Positions 29,501-42,200 of a DNA stretch of 64,000 nucleotides are shown piece by piece. The notes under the pieces are model-generated. The model was not told the DNA's origin and ran no database searches. It worked only from the letters and a program-made list of their open reading frames with translations. Origin of the DNA: Styela clava (taxonomy: Eukaryota); NCBI RefSeq assembly GCF_964204865.1, contig NC_135251.1:22630001-22694000 (forward strand), in the 5' to 3' direction. Numbering within the stretch: the first letter of the stretch is position 1; each line of letters opens with the position of its first letter. The translations under genes were made by a program, and so were the position numbers.

Positions 29501-32500
29501 TCACTGAGAACAAACAGGACTCCGATTAGGTTTTTGATAAACAAGAGCGTGAATATATCAGTCCCAACTAAATCGGCAATGTTTTTTTCAAGTCATGTCG
29601 ATATCAAACATTCCTTCCTCTCTCACAAGCTATACACTTGTGTCATGTCCCTAGACAGCGAAACTGAATGCTTGAGTGCTACAAATATATGCTAAATGTT
29701 TATGTAGCTTACTCATACGGACTGGGAGTAAGTAATCATTAAGACGTAAATGTGTTTCAGTATTTTTGTTAGGGTCAGAATATTCCTATTGATGAATGTT
29801 TTCCACCAATGGGTTGAGTCTGAATCAGTTGTTTTGTAGTAATTATATCTGACAATTTATTGCGGGTATTAAATCTTTGCTATTCTGAAGAACCACTAAC
29901 CGGGTTGCAGGACAATGTGCTTGTATCCATTGTGGTGACTGGTAACGGCCGATCGGAGTCCGTCGTAAGAGAAACTGGCGGTTAATGGTAATGGCAAACA
30001 TGCATGATAGCAGAAGTTTTCCTGTCATTAGGATCTCTTTGACGCCTCGTATCTTTATCTGGTCAAAATGATTGATTATTTTCAGCTCTAAAATATTTAA
30101 CCGCTTTAGGTATTTTTATTATACTGAATAGTCACAGACAAGTAAAACCCAACATATTGTTTGTCAACTGCTGTCAGTTGTAACATACACTTAGATGTGA
30201 AGACAGCTATGACTGTTATTCAACTGTTCAGACTTCAGAGTTGGACTAAACCTTGCTGAACATTAGAGGTGACTTACACGGCAGTTACACAACAATGGCT
30301 AGTTCGATTACGTTGTTGATATTTATCTCAAGATTGTTACGGCTCCAAGTTTTTACGCTCGTGTGTCAACCATCACGTTACGCGCTCCAGTATTGTACAA
30401 ATTTGCAGGATTCTCTCCCATAAGGATCAATATTCATCCATAATTATCCGCAGTCTATTATGCTGTGCATACTGACATATTCTTTGATTAGTGCTTTGAA
30501 GGAATATTCACTAGCACTGTCGGTGTTGTAAAACCAAATTATAAAACGAAGAATTTCACGCTGACAGAAGCCTATACGTTCAATATTTGTTTACTACTTA
30601 AGATTGTTTCGATTAACACCGCATATGTGTGTATGTTTTCTCTGTTTAGAATCCAAACAATTGCAACAGTGCATCAGTTTATGTATGTAATATGGTAAAT
30701 GGAGCTGGATTTGGCAGCGAGTTGCACAGCATACTCAAATGTTTTCTACCGGCGTTTAAACAACAAAGAACTTTGATTTATTATATGAATGGATGGAAAT
30801 ATGATCCTGAAGGATGGAGTCATCTCTTTGCCCCACTCAGTGATTGTGACGAAACACAATATACAAGTATTACAACCTTTGTAAATACTACCACGTTAAA
30901 TCAAGTTTTATGATAATACATCTTAATATTTAAAATTAATTTGAGATTTTTTCGAAAAATGCAGTTTGAGAAATCACTGGTCTCTCTTTATTAGTGTTAC
31001 AGTTAAATTAGCTATGTCTAAACAAGTCTGACAATATGATATATGTCATTGCTAGTGTGCAACAATACACTTGAATAATTTGTATCAGCATAGAATTAGG
31101 TTGAATTTTTTTATACAGAATATATCTTTTTGTGAACACTATACCTTGAAATTATTTTCAAATTTCCATTCGTTTTCAGGTCTGAGTAACTCACAAATTG
31201 TGAATGGCAATGCCGTTTATCCAACTGGATACGACTTTATATCAATTCCAGAGGAAATATCTCAATTTATTATTCGAAATCATGCGGATCCATTTGCCTG
31301 GTGGATTGCGCAATTCATTGGATATGCGATGAGAATAAGGCCTGACTTTGTGAATCAACTCAACATCACCGCTCAGAAAATAAACTTTACTAAACCCATA
31401 GCCGGGTAAGTGAATGATAAACTATGCTAAATTATTGTTGTTTTTGTTGTTGTAAAAATTTTTTCCTCAAAACCTAATATACCAAAATTGCCAGTACTTA
31501 GAGATAGATGGTAAATAAATGGGATGTCACCGTATATCTAATTCGTAGACCGTCTCTGTCTTGCAAGTCACCCGTTCACCATTCAGCGTCAACGCCCACG
31601 TGAATGAAGATACTTTAGAAAATCTCAATTTCATTTTATTCGTAGATTTTCACAACACACAGAATACAGAACTTAACATCCTCCAGCATAGACTAGTAAT
31701 TTAGTTACATTGAAAGGAGCGGATGAAGATTTAGGATTCGTGGCCTCCACGAAAGAGAAATTTTCACCAACATGCAACAGAAGTGGGAGACATTTCTCAA
31801 TTTGCTCCACCTGAAACATATGACCTCCTGATACCATTTCTTGAACACTTGGTTGGAAGTTTACTAAAGTTGAGATAGTCATTTGACCTCCGTGTCCATT
31901 TATTTGAGCATTACCTTATTCTGTTGTGGCCTCAATTTCGAGTAAAGTCAACTAACAGCATGAATAACCCTAATTTCCCATCCTCTAACACTGAAATGTA
32001 GTATACAATATTAAATTTCCTAATGAGAATAACTTTCACAGATATTGATCATAAAAGTTAAACTACTAACATGTTAATTTCTCATTTCAATCCATTTTTT
32101 TCAGAGTTCATATTCGTCGTGGAGACAAAATAAAATGGGAGGCAAAGAAACACGAAGTACAAGAATATATGTTTTTTATAAAAAATTGGTTCGACGAACA
32201 AAATATAGAACAAAGAACTGTATATGTGGCAACTGATGACGATGGAGTTCATCAGGAATTGAAAACGAAGTAAGAAATTTCATGATATGAACACTTTCTC
32301 GACCACAGCTCTGATTGAGACTGCAAAGAATAAAAGACGATATGGATTTTTAGCTCTAGATCTCTCAATAGTTTGTCCCATATAACGAAGTTATGATATA
32401 CATATATAATCAAATTTCTCTTCTATATTAACAAGATATCCTTCATACAAATTCATCACAACCCCAACTGACACTATGCGAAAAGGACTTAGTGCTCTTC

Positions 32501-33133
32501 AGGGAATAGTCAAGGACATATATCTACTTTCACAATGCGATTTTGTGGCATGCACCGGTTCTTCCAATGTAAGTAACTGGAATAATAATCAAGTAATTTT
32601 TTCCTATTTTTTTCACAAGAATAAAAATATACAGTTTCATTATAATTGTAACGTTTTCATAAAATAAATTCAATCATGGAAATAATGAATTTGCATTCAA
32701 ATTCAAAGTGCCATAAACTATTTGCTAATTTGAATATAAAAACATGTTGTCTTTTACTATATATAACATCATGAAAATAGCAATGACATAAAGCTTACTT
32801 CTGTTCATTATTTAGATATGCCACCTCGTTTACGAATTATTCAGCTTTCATCATCACGACGCATCTACCAGGTGGCAATCAATAGACCATATGTATTATT
32901 TGAATGATGCAATATTTCCATACGTTGCAATATCAGACCATACGGCGAGGAAAGATAAGAGTGAGATTAATTTTAGGAAGGGTGATATTATTAGAGTGAC
33001 TCATGGTTGTCCCACAGATGGGTTCATAAATAGCGAGAATACCAACAATCGCGAAAAAGGAAGAGTTCCATTGTATAAACTAAGATCGAAGCCATCGATT
33101 GATAGTTTTCCGATTCTCCGTAGACCTTCATAG
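23510..33133 (+). CDS. Alpha-(1,6)-fucosyltransferase-like (FUT8 / GT23 family) multi-exon gene
   Basis: Putative first exon 23510-23607 encodes a type II anchor (MVSTFTSNRRAIFFVLFLMISVTVYVT). ~28904-29012 LQMYVQKRINELQ; ~30650-30880 NPNNC..GAGFGSELH..QRTLI..WKY..GW; ~31180-31405 HADPFAWWIAQF; 32105-32269 motif I VHIRRGDK and motif II VYVATDD; ~32435-32568 motif III DIYLLSQCDFVACTGSSN; last exon ~32816-33133 SH3-like domain (EINFRKGDII..KGRVPLYKL). The 5' exon structure is tentative. Confidence 0.88.
25173..25870. repeat. hAT-like left end followed by a module also found in both flanks of the Helentron
   Basis: CAGGGGTCTGCAACCTTTT at 25173. 25447-25625 (tggacacgtagtggacataacgatcgtttcaatattatgttgttg..) matches 42815-43025 and 53221-53415; ~25795-25870 matches ~43259-43313. 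Confidence 0.75.
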
Positions 33134-33840
33134 TACCCCGTCGAAATATTGCCAACGCAAAGTTAGTCCAGTTGAAGAAACAAAAATTCACAATATTGAA
33201 AAATATGTTTTGCAGTGGAAAGACGACCATTCTTTGTCTTGATTATTAAATTATTACGCATTCAACAAAATATCTATGCTTTATATATTTTGAACTTGAA
33301 TCAAATATCTTTTTGTTTAAATTTCAGAAATAAAATACTAATTTGATATATATTGACCATAAAAATACTTTTATACATATAAATGTCTGTATAGTAACTT
33401 TCCTCAAAAGGTAATGTTTCCTACAATAGGATGTAACGACCCATTGACTCTCCTGATTTTTCGTGTCGGCGTGAATCATAATGGAGCAAGTGCGCAATTT
33501 GTCAAGCGCTGGCTTCGCTCATTCTATGGGTGAGAGATTTGATTAGACAATATAGATCTACCAGTATTGTGCATTTCACTTCGATAACGGTAATTCACTT
33601 TATGCATTTACGAAAGCTAACTGCAGACTCGAGAACACTTGAAAATGAATATTTTTCATTGGTTACGAAACACTAAATACGATAAAAACCTTCTTTGATG
33701 TGTATCCCTCTACTTCACTAAGCATTTTTAAGATAGGTGTCCTAAATATAACTTTAGCCGGCGTACGAGATCTTTCGTAGCCTTTTAATCGGAGCACGGG
33801 CTCTTAGCTTTTAACTTGCACGAATTGTTCTTCACCTCTA

Positions 33841-34324
33841 TGTTCAGTTTGTAGGCGCTCGCCCCCAGCAGACAATGGATGATAGTAGACAAACGACAAT
33901 TGCGACAATTCTTCTTTACTTTATTGAGCAGTATACACGTCAATGTTGTATTTACAAGACTGAATAATACTACAGAGAAAGCGATCCTTATATACAGAAA
34001 ACGAACGATAATTATGTCTCACCCAGGATTTTAACATAAACAGAATTTTAAAGAATACTGTAAGGATTTAATCTATAAATCTATATTCCGGGAATTAAAA
34101 TGGTGCTATCGATCCCATTAGCCTTATTGATCGAAGTTTTGAATACTAATTACCACCTGGACGTTATTGATCCAGTTATTTTTCGTTGCCATATGTTGTC
34201 TAATTTAAAATGGGTTTTTTATCGATCTAATTTACGAATTCGGAGAATTTCGTCAATACTAATTATTAGCCTTTTTCTATGTATTCAAAATTGTTTGTCC
34301 AAATCAATAATCTTTCCCTATAAA
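33841..34324 (-). repeat. Putative 3' LTR (~484 bp) with TATA box and polyadenylation signal
   Basis: PPT immediately upstream, TATATAA then AATAAA in U3-R order, ends in CA. Its first 165 bp are shared with the truncated 5' LTR. Confidence 0.65.
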
Positions 34325-34751
34325 ATACTCCCTTCTTTTGGAATGAAATTCCGGGTTTTGGGACATAACTATCGTGCCTATACGTTCTAAAAATAAAATC
34401 AAAAAAACATTCAAAATTGCGAAACACGAAAAATATGTAAGGTCAAGAAGAAAAGATGCAAAACGATAAAATTTAGTCGACTGAAAATAGTTTCTCTTCT
34501 CTGTTACGATATTGAAAGATGTTTGTTACATATTCTTTAAACGAATTATTAGATACATTTTTTTTTTTCACGTATATATATATATATATTACATTTAGTA
34601 CGTATACATTTGAATAAACAAACACAATTCATGAAAACTAACACAAATCGCCAAGGGAGGCAAAAAATCAAGAAGAAAGAGTGGGGTATAGGTTAGGGTG
34701 GGAATTGGGAACGTGGGGAGCATGAATGGGCACAATAGTCTCGATGTCTTC

Positions 34752-36635
34752 TCAATTTGATCTATTATTATTCTGAGTTGTTTCTGCTATGGTTGGTTGA
34801 GTAGGATTCTCATAATCGACCCAGTGTTGACTTATTGTTTGAATATAAGGGGTTGATTTGTCTCTAAGCATTGGAATCATACGCTTTATATAGCATATGG
34901 TCCATACAACGCCCCAAAACATTCCTAAGTGAAAAGCTAACATGTATAGCGCTGATAAAATTGGATGATAAATGAACGACAATGCATTCACGAAGTTATC
35001 TTCCACTTCGTTTTTGGCCATAATATAATTGTTGTTTTTGTTTGCTTTGATGGACGGCTTGTGGTCCAATAATATCCTTTCTCTAACCAAATTTAAATGA
35101 TTGATCGATTTTAAGATATTATTGAAATCCTCAAAGCCTGAATGTCCAACATGAGGCATATTTTGAAATATGGTTTCATATTCCAATGCTTTGAAAGCCT
35201 CTTTCATTGGTTTCAATGTTGGCCTCAATGCTTTGATGTTGGCATTTGTATGCCTTAATGTATAGTTAGTATAAGTATAATAACGGCCATCTATTAAAAA
35301 AGTAAAAGTACGACCAGAGACATAATTTTCATGAATACCAGCATAGACATTCGTGTCTGTGAACATCTGTGCTATTACGGTTTCATTATTTTTGTTTAAC
35401 AATGACAGAAGCGGCCGTGTTGCGTATGTATCATTGAAAATTATTGTTTTTAGAACGGTAGCGTTTATTTTCTCACATTGTATTTTTGTAAGAATATCTC
35501 CTACCGTTATTACAGCGCGATTATCACCTAATATTTCCTCTAAAATTTGACCTGGGTATTGCTTACTTAAAATTTTATCCACTCTGGTAAGAATAGTTTC
35601 TAGTTGACATTCAAGATGATTGATATCTGATGTGAAATCAGCAATCACCTCGGATATTCTGTCCGTATTTTCCTGAATGAAACCGGTAATAGTCCTAGAT
35701 GCAGAACTCCCCACCACGGAAAGATAATTAAGTTTTGGGTATTTGGATTTGAGGAACTTCGATGTATCCAATGAATCACATTGTTTCGTTTCGAATAGAA
35801 GGCCATCGTTAGTACAGAATGTTTTAGTACTAAAACACCGTTGTACATATGAACCACATGTGCCCCAATGATGGATACTGGTTCCCAATTCCGGCAAATC
35901 TAATCTATAAATATCACTTGAAGTATTATAGTGCAATGCCATTTTCGAATTATAATTCTCAAACTCTGGACAATCTATCAAGGGGTAACTCTTCCAAATT
36001 ATTGTTTGGGTACCTATAGTACAAGAACCGGTATTTATATTACAAGATGACAAACCTGAATAGGGACCTAATAAAACACCTTTGATGTGATCATAATAAA
36101 TTTTGGTTAGGGCCAAATGAGCATTATAAATTTTGCCTGTAGTTGTTGTTGGCCACTTATAGACATATTCTACATCATTATCTGTGGACCAAGTATTTGC
36201 TGATGTAGATTTTAATTTACCTATGTTTTCTGCTTTGAATGTATGTGCCCAATCTTGACAATATAATGCGGTTGGAGGGTCGGCCATGTAGGATTTGGAT
36301 TTATCATAAATAGAGCCGAAAAAGAATTTAGTTGATTGCCATTCTGTGACAGATTTTTGACAAACATATGCCGTAATGTTAGTGTAGGCCGAGGATAATT
36401 TGTGAACCGTGGCATTGCAATAATCTACTCGAGTGATCGGTTGTTTTTTACATTTCGGTGGTTCCGGTATGGAGTACTCTGCGACAGGTCTATTAGGATT
36501 ACAAAAATTCACCGATACTGTTGGGCTTGATGGGTTAAAAGCAAAAGAGGTAGAATATAGACAATACAAGAAATTAAAAATAGGTGAAATAATTTTGTCT
36601 ATTCTGGTGGGATGTTTTGCCGGAACGCGTGGACG
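34752..36635 (-). CDS. Envelope glycoprotein, class III viral fusion protein-like (rhabdovirus G / herpesvirus gB / chuvirus GP type)
   Basis: Stop-free frame of 627 codons; the track start at 36569 is a TTG. Signal-like IISPIFNFLYCLYSTSFA, Cys-rich ectodomain, several NxS/T sequons, fusion-loop-like TKFFFGS and YKWP, long helix GFIQENTDRISEVIADFTSDINHLECQLE, gB-like GDNRAVITVGDILTKIQC and TFLIDGRYYTYTNY, C-terminal TM PILSALYMLAFHLGMFWGVVWTICYI plus cytoplasmic tail. Confidence 0.8.
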   Translation of the reverse strand, partial: RPRVPAKHPTRIDKIISPIFNFLYCLYSTSFAFNPSSPTVSVNFCNPNRPVAEYSIPEPPKCKKQPITRVDYCNATVHKLSSAYTNITAYVCQKSVTEWQSTKFFFGSIYDKSKSYMADPPTALYCQDWAHTFKAENIGKLKSTSANTWSTDNDVEYVYKWPTTTTGKIYNAHLALTKIYYDHIKGVLLGPYSGLSSCNINTGSCTIGTQTIIWKSYPLIDCPEFENYNSKMALHYNTSSDIYRLDLPELGTSIHHWGTCGSYVQRCFSTKTFCTNDGLLFETKQCDSLDTSKFLKSKYPKLNYLSVVGSSASRTITGFIQENTDRISEVIADFTSDINHLECQLETILTRVDKILSKQYPGQILEEILGDNRAVITVGDILTKIQCEKINATVLKTIIFNDTYATRPLLSLLNKNNETVIAQMFTDTNVYAGIHENYVSGRTFTFLIDGRYYTYTNYTLRHTNANIKALRPTLKPMKEAFKALEYETIFQNMPHVGHSGFEDFNNILKSINHLNLVRERILLDHKPSIKANKNNNYIMAKNEVEDNFVNALSFIYHPILSALYMLAFHLGMFWGVVWTICYIKRMIPMLRDKSTPYIQTISQHWVDYENPTQPTIAETTQNNNRSN

Positions 36636-36796
36636 TTATTGATCCAGTTATTTTTCGTTGCCATATGTTGTCTAATTTAAAATGGGTTTTTTATCGATCT
36701 AATTTACGAATTCGGAGAATTTCGTCAATACTAATTATTAGCCTTTTTCTATGTATTTAAAAATGTTTGTCCAAATTAATAATCTTTCCCTATACA
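36630..36796 (-). repeat. Truncated 5' LTR (U3 start only)
   Basis: About 98% identical to 34158-34322; joined directly to the env frame at 36629/36630. Confidence 0.7.
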
Positions 36797-37855
36797 TTCT
36801 CCTCGTAATAATTGCTTTTTTCAGGAAATGAATATTTTGGAGAAACTTTTCACGTCAAATACTTGTTGTAATTTAGTAATCCAAGCACTGATTGCGCCAA
36901 AAAATGAGCAATTGCTAACTGCAATAGACCATAATTCTCCAATAAAACAACTTCAAAATGACTTCAAATATTTAAAAATTCATGAGGTATTAAGATTTCT
37001 GCCGACGATATCCTAAAATCGGTAGTTTCCTGCTAATCTAACTCGACTGACCGCGAAGTGACGATATAATTCCTCATTAAGTAAATTTGCCAAATATGCA
37101 CTAAGAACGTATAATAATGTATTAACTAAAGATTCATGACATATGGAATTAGGCATCAATCTGTAATCAATACGTATGTGGAATGACATATTATGAGCAT
37201 AACTTTACAACGCCAAAGCATAATTACTTTGCAAAGCCATCTTCAAATTCAACAAAATATTATTGGTAGTTAAATAAATCCTAAAATGCAGTGCGTACAA
37301 ATATGAGGTAGTTTCAATATGATAAAATCATCATTATCAGTATTAGCATCATCAAACAAAATTCAATAATTTGTACGGCTTTGAAATTCGAAATAAATTT
37401 ATCTTAAATAAAAAAATATGATGTCGCAGATTACGTTACTGACGGAAAAGGTATGGTAATGCGTACAACTCAGAAATGAAATAATCTTTACTAATGATGA
37501 GAGACACGAACCGCAAAAGTTTTAACATAAATATTTACTTTATTCGTCGTTTTGACAAACGTAAAACGCTTGACTTTATTGTCACGTATTTCATGTCTGA
37601 CAAATATGGCAATAGTTGAATGTGATCTGCGTAGTTTATCGTCCTGGAATCAGAACACGATTTAATTTAATTGATATTAAGCTTTATTTACTTCAGACAT
37701 ATGTTTTTGTTTGTGAAATTTTTTCATGTAGCGGGTGGCCGCCATTCTTGTATAGATTCGAACATGATATCCGGATGTTGTTCCTAATCGAACGATGAAT
37801 CGAAAATTGGCCCTTTGAAAAATGTTGCAATATTCATCATGAATATGGGAACGCA

Positions 37856-39214
37856 TCACGATGAAAAGGCAACATTGTCATGCCCCGTATTGAATGTAGC
37901 TGGTTGATCGGACATTCTCTGCTTCTTTCCAAGTGTGCAGCGATAAATCAACATCTTCAGATGATAAAATGCAAATGTGATTGTGTGCAATATGATAGGC
38001 ACCACAAATACATTCATAAGAAGAACTCCTGCCACTATGCCGGGAGAGTTGACAAAATCGAGAAATCCGTATATTTGGGAGTTTATTCCGGCAAAGTGTA
38101 CGATAACTGTGTTGATTGCGTAGAACAATGCGAACAAGGCACTGTAAACAAACTGTATCCAACGTGTGGGAATAGAGACTACAAAAATATCTATCAGAAG
38201 CATTATCCCTTGCACACTATGTTTATGTTGGCCGATAGGCATTCTCAGTGTTTCTGCTGGGACATCCGGTGCCAGAAGTGCCCAGTACAGAACTGTGACA
38301 AAAATAACAAAATCAATTGCTTGTACCTGAAAGAACCAAGTAACTTTGTGGAAGAATCTCAGTCCACCTAAAAAAAAACCAAAAGACGATCATAACGTTG
38401 CAAGCTGTGATTGACTAAATACTTTAATTTACAGGACTTTTTAATAACGAAAGATAGAAATAAAGAGAGAACTTTAGGACGTGCCATCGCCTGACTAATT
38501 ATAAAACAATCAGACTTTAAATTTACTTCAAATTAGTACTGTTTTAAAAAATAGTACTTTCTGATGGAACACGCATATACTACAGAATAAATTCATTTAA
38601 GATTGAATAGTGATATATTACTAAGTCAGCTATACTACAAACATTTTGTATCAGTACCTGGATTTTCTGTTTTATGTGACCTGCCGGTATTTGGTGCTTC
38701 TTGATTTTCGACTTTATGGTCGTTTCGCGCAATTAGTCCATATAATGCAGTGATAAACGCGCATAAGTAATAAATGCCGGTAAAGAAAAAACTCCAATTA
38801 CTTGCAGTGTAAGCAATGTCTTCTTTGGCAAACACCCAGCTTGCTATTAACCAGCCCCAGTGATAGAGCAGGGTGAAAGCACGATACAAAACAAAATATA
38901 ATTTCTTCTTTGACCACTTAAAAGACGAAAATAATTCATGTTTAAAATATCCATGCATAAATTTACTTTAAAAACTTATAAATGTAATTCTTAAATAACA
39001 AAAAGTACTGTCTTCGATACCAAACGCCATTAGCAATAAATTATGCCATGGTCAGTAGTATAAGTTCAACCCAGACGCATAGGTCATAGCAACAATATAT
39101 TTATATATATATATACTTGAAATAACTTACTTGAAATTCATAAAAATTGTTTTCGTTCGCGCTTTCGAATCGCAGATGCTTTGATTGAAATTCGTATCCA
39201 CAGCTTGTAGCCAT
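37856..39214 (-). CDS. Protein rolling stone-like multipass membrane protein, copy 2 (intact)
   Basis: Exons 39131-39214 (MATSCGYEFQSKHLRFESANENNFYEFQ), 38658-38916 and 37856-38367 splice in frame to ..IDIFVVSIPTRWIQFVYSALF..IYGFLDF..NVAFSS*. Same intron positions as copy 1. Confidence 0.85.
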
Positions 39215-42200
39215 TTTAAAATGTAAAAAAATGCAAATTCCTTAGTTATGATTATATTTATTTTATTTGTTCTAAATATAAAATTTCTAGTTTTATTAGG
39301 TTTTAATATCGCATTGCCCTACTAGGAACTCTGTAGCATATTCTTTAATGCAAGGCAGATCCACAAGCTTGCTTATACCAAGCGTTTGATTTTCATTTTC
39401 TAACCTAACACTGTAAAATTGACATACATTCTATTATGGTGATCACCCATGTTTGTTTATGCCATATTGCATATTATGCAATACTCCTGTACACGTGATT
39501 TGTAGTTTTCTCTTCTTTATCATATAATCACCCTACTTAGTTATAACTTAGTTGCAACGCTTGGTTTTCTATTACATTTACTGAATTAAAATATTGTTGT
39601 TTTTGAATTCAAATTCATTTAAACGACTTGTCGACGAAACGCTTAATCTAAGGTTCTAAACCACATAATCTCGATGAAGCGCCCAACTTTTTCTGCCTGT
39701 TTTAAATTATCTATAATTTTATTTCGATTGTGTATTCAAAAACTCTTTTAGTCGCTCACTTCATTATGAAACTAGATTGTTTCGATGTTTTCCAAAGAAG
39801 TTAGTATTATTACCGTGACCAAATTGTGACTAGAAAGTGATTAGTCTCTACGTTCACTATGATCGGAAAATAGTATATCATGGACTCATAGCATGAAAAT
39901 ATAGTACATATACGCCAGAACACGTTTTACAATCTATTCCTCGAATATTACAGTAGGTATATGCAAACATGCAAGAATTTGAAGGAAAATATACGCTTGC
40001 GGTCTCCCTCAGTCTTTTTCCCTAGTATAGTCACGGTGACTTTGGTCAAACGTGAACGCAATTTCAGACATAAAAAGTATTTTACAAGCGAATCAGTTGG
40101 CTCTTATATCGGCAAAACGTCACTCGTATCCAAAACGTTTTGACAGTATACGACGTCGGACAACTTCCTGAATAAACATATTGAAATTAGTGAAATGACA
40201 GAGCATCTTGATTATGTTGATTAAATCGAGCGTAGTTAAAAAATCTAGGTATGACGCAACATTAATCAATTCTCTAATGATGTCTGCGTGCAATGCTTCA
40301 ATGCCACGTCATGATCTGTATCATGATGATCATGTCGTGACTAAGACTTTTTATATCCCACTTTGTAGCTCGTTAATTATTATCGTGCAATGCATTCATG
40401 AGCTACTATTTTGAAACCTTCATGTCTAGATCGCTTTAAGATATTAAATATATATTTCAACTTTCAAGTTTATTAATACTGATCGCTGTTTTTATTCCAA
40501 ATCATTTTTTAGAAAGCCGCTCATTAAGTTCGCCATATCCAGGAACTTTTTTCTTCTTGACTCAAACCAGACTAACTTTTCTAATTTGAACTACGTGACA
40601 GATATCGATCCTATATATATTTGCTACAGTTTTCGATACGTTGTTTTTTTTATTCGCAATGTGTAATAGTCAGTACCGGATTTATCATTAGGGAAGGTAG
40701 GCTGGAGCCTATGAGCCTCGTCGTGCAGTTTCGAACTATTATGTTTTTAAATCAATTTAGCATACTTGCACTCCAATCGCCTTGGATGGTTAGCTTTCGT
40801 ATCACGTAATTCATTTATGACATCATAGTATATTTCTAACAAACCTTGAAAATATATTTTGACATCATAATGAATTATTATTATGTCATTGTTGCTGATG
40901 TCTCCTCCTAAGTTTTGATTTTTTCAATGTTAACTAATGAGTTCTGAGCTCTGTATCTCGAATGTCGAAGGCTTGTATAGAATACCACATTTAAATTACC
41001 CCTCATTACTCCAAATTAGGCCGCAAGGTCTTTCAAAAATTTTTATTCAACTATTTTTCAAGATAAGGCTAAGCTTGTTACCTCTGGGCATATTTTAGCT
41101 ATTATTATAACAATGCAATGAAGTGTTATATATATGGCATAAAATATGTTTACTTTACGGCGCAATCGGAATATGAGAATAGCTATCCATAGATGGCGGT
41201 AAAGATAGATTACTGGAAACAAATCAATTTACTTCGGTCAGTGTTCATCTTCCAGCTCATGTATTATAAAACAGCACCGTGAGATAAGGCCCATGCTATG
41301 CCTACCAGTAAGTGCAGGAGATTTTGTCAAGAGAATTTTGTCACCATCTCATAGGAATTGAGTTGGGTTTTTAGTGGCTCGGAACGCGTCATGGAAAGTC
41401 GTATTTCTTAACTGTGCACGCCGATATTTGTTCGGTAAATGCATACTTCACTTGTTCTAATCACTAATACGTCCACGCCAAATTCAAAAAGAATATCAAA
41501 TATGCTTCCAATTGGCGTCCAAATTGCGAAGTGCAAACTCTTTCCCATTAACAAAATGTTGCGTCGGTGTGTGCATTTTACAACTATTACAGTGTTTTCC
41601 GAACTTTCGAAACTTGTTCCCCCAAAATGTTTTATGACGTAATATTTGGTTGTGAACTCCCAATCATTTACAGTCAGTGTGCCGATTTTATGCCTAGAGT
41701 TTTTTTAAGAACCTTTTGTTACATATATATATATGTGAAATTCACAACCTAATAGCTGTTTTCGTGAACACAATAAATTCTTCACTATAATTCCTTATAT
41801 CAGGGAATCTCAGGTCTCAGTATCTCTTAGCATTTTAGTGCTCATTCGTACATTCCCTCTGAAAACAATCACCCTAATTTCTATGTCAGTACGCCAGGGT
41901 TTGAGCAAATTTCCTTAAAAAATAGTACAATGCAACAAATAGAGTGATCGAGTACTGTTCCCGCACTTTGGTCTGTTCGCAAATTTAGCAAATTCATTGT
42001 TGGTATTCAAGAACTGAATAACCCCAGATATATGCACTAGATCGGACATATAAGATACTTATACAAAGATAAGAATCAATGTGATTCTATCTTCAATTTT
42101 TTTCCCCTTCTGTTAAAGAAATCCTATAAAAATTGATCAAACCACTTAATTTGCTACTTTTTATACTATTTACATCTATGTATTCACACACAATCTAATC

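Larger units (their letters stand above)
33841..36796 (-). mobile_element. Internally deleted env-bearing LTR retrotransposon
   Basis: 165-bp direct repeat 34158-34322 / 36630-36794 (3 mismatches). On the minus strand the upstream copy starts TGTATAGGG at 36796. The downstream copy follows a polypurine tract AAAAGAAGGGAG (34328-34339) and continues through TATATAA (33988-33994) and AATAAA (33920-33925) to ..GAACA at 33841. No gag/pol or PBS remains, and no convincing TSD was found. Confidence 0.75.

Noticed and set aside
33836-36801. Target-site duplication for the LTR element (ctcta versus ttctc)
   Set aside because: Only 3 of 5 bases match; not accepted, so the outer boundaries remain provisional.
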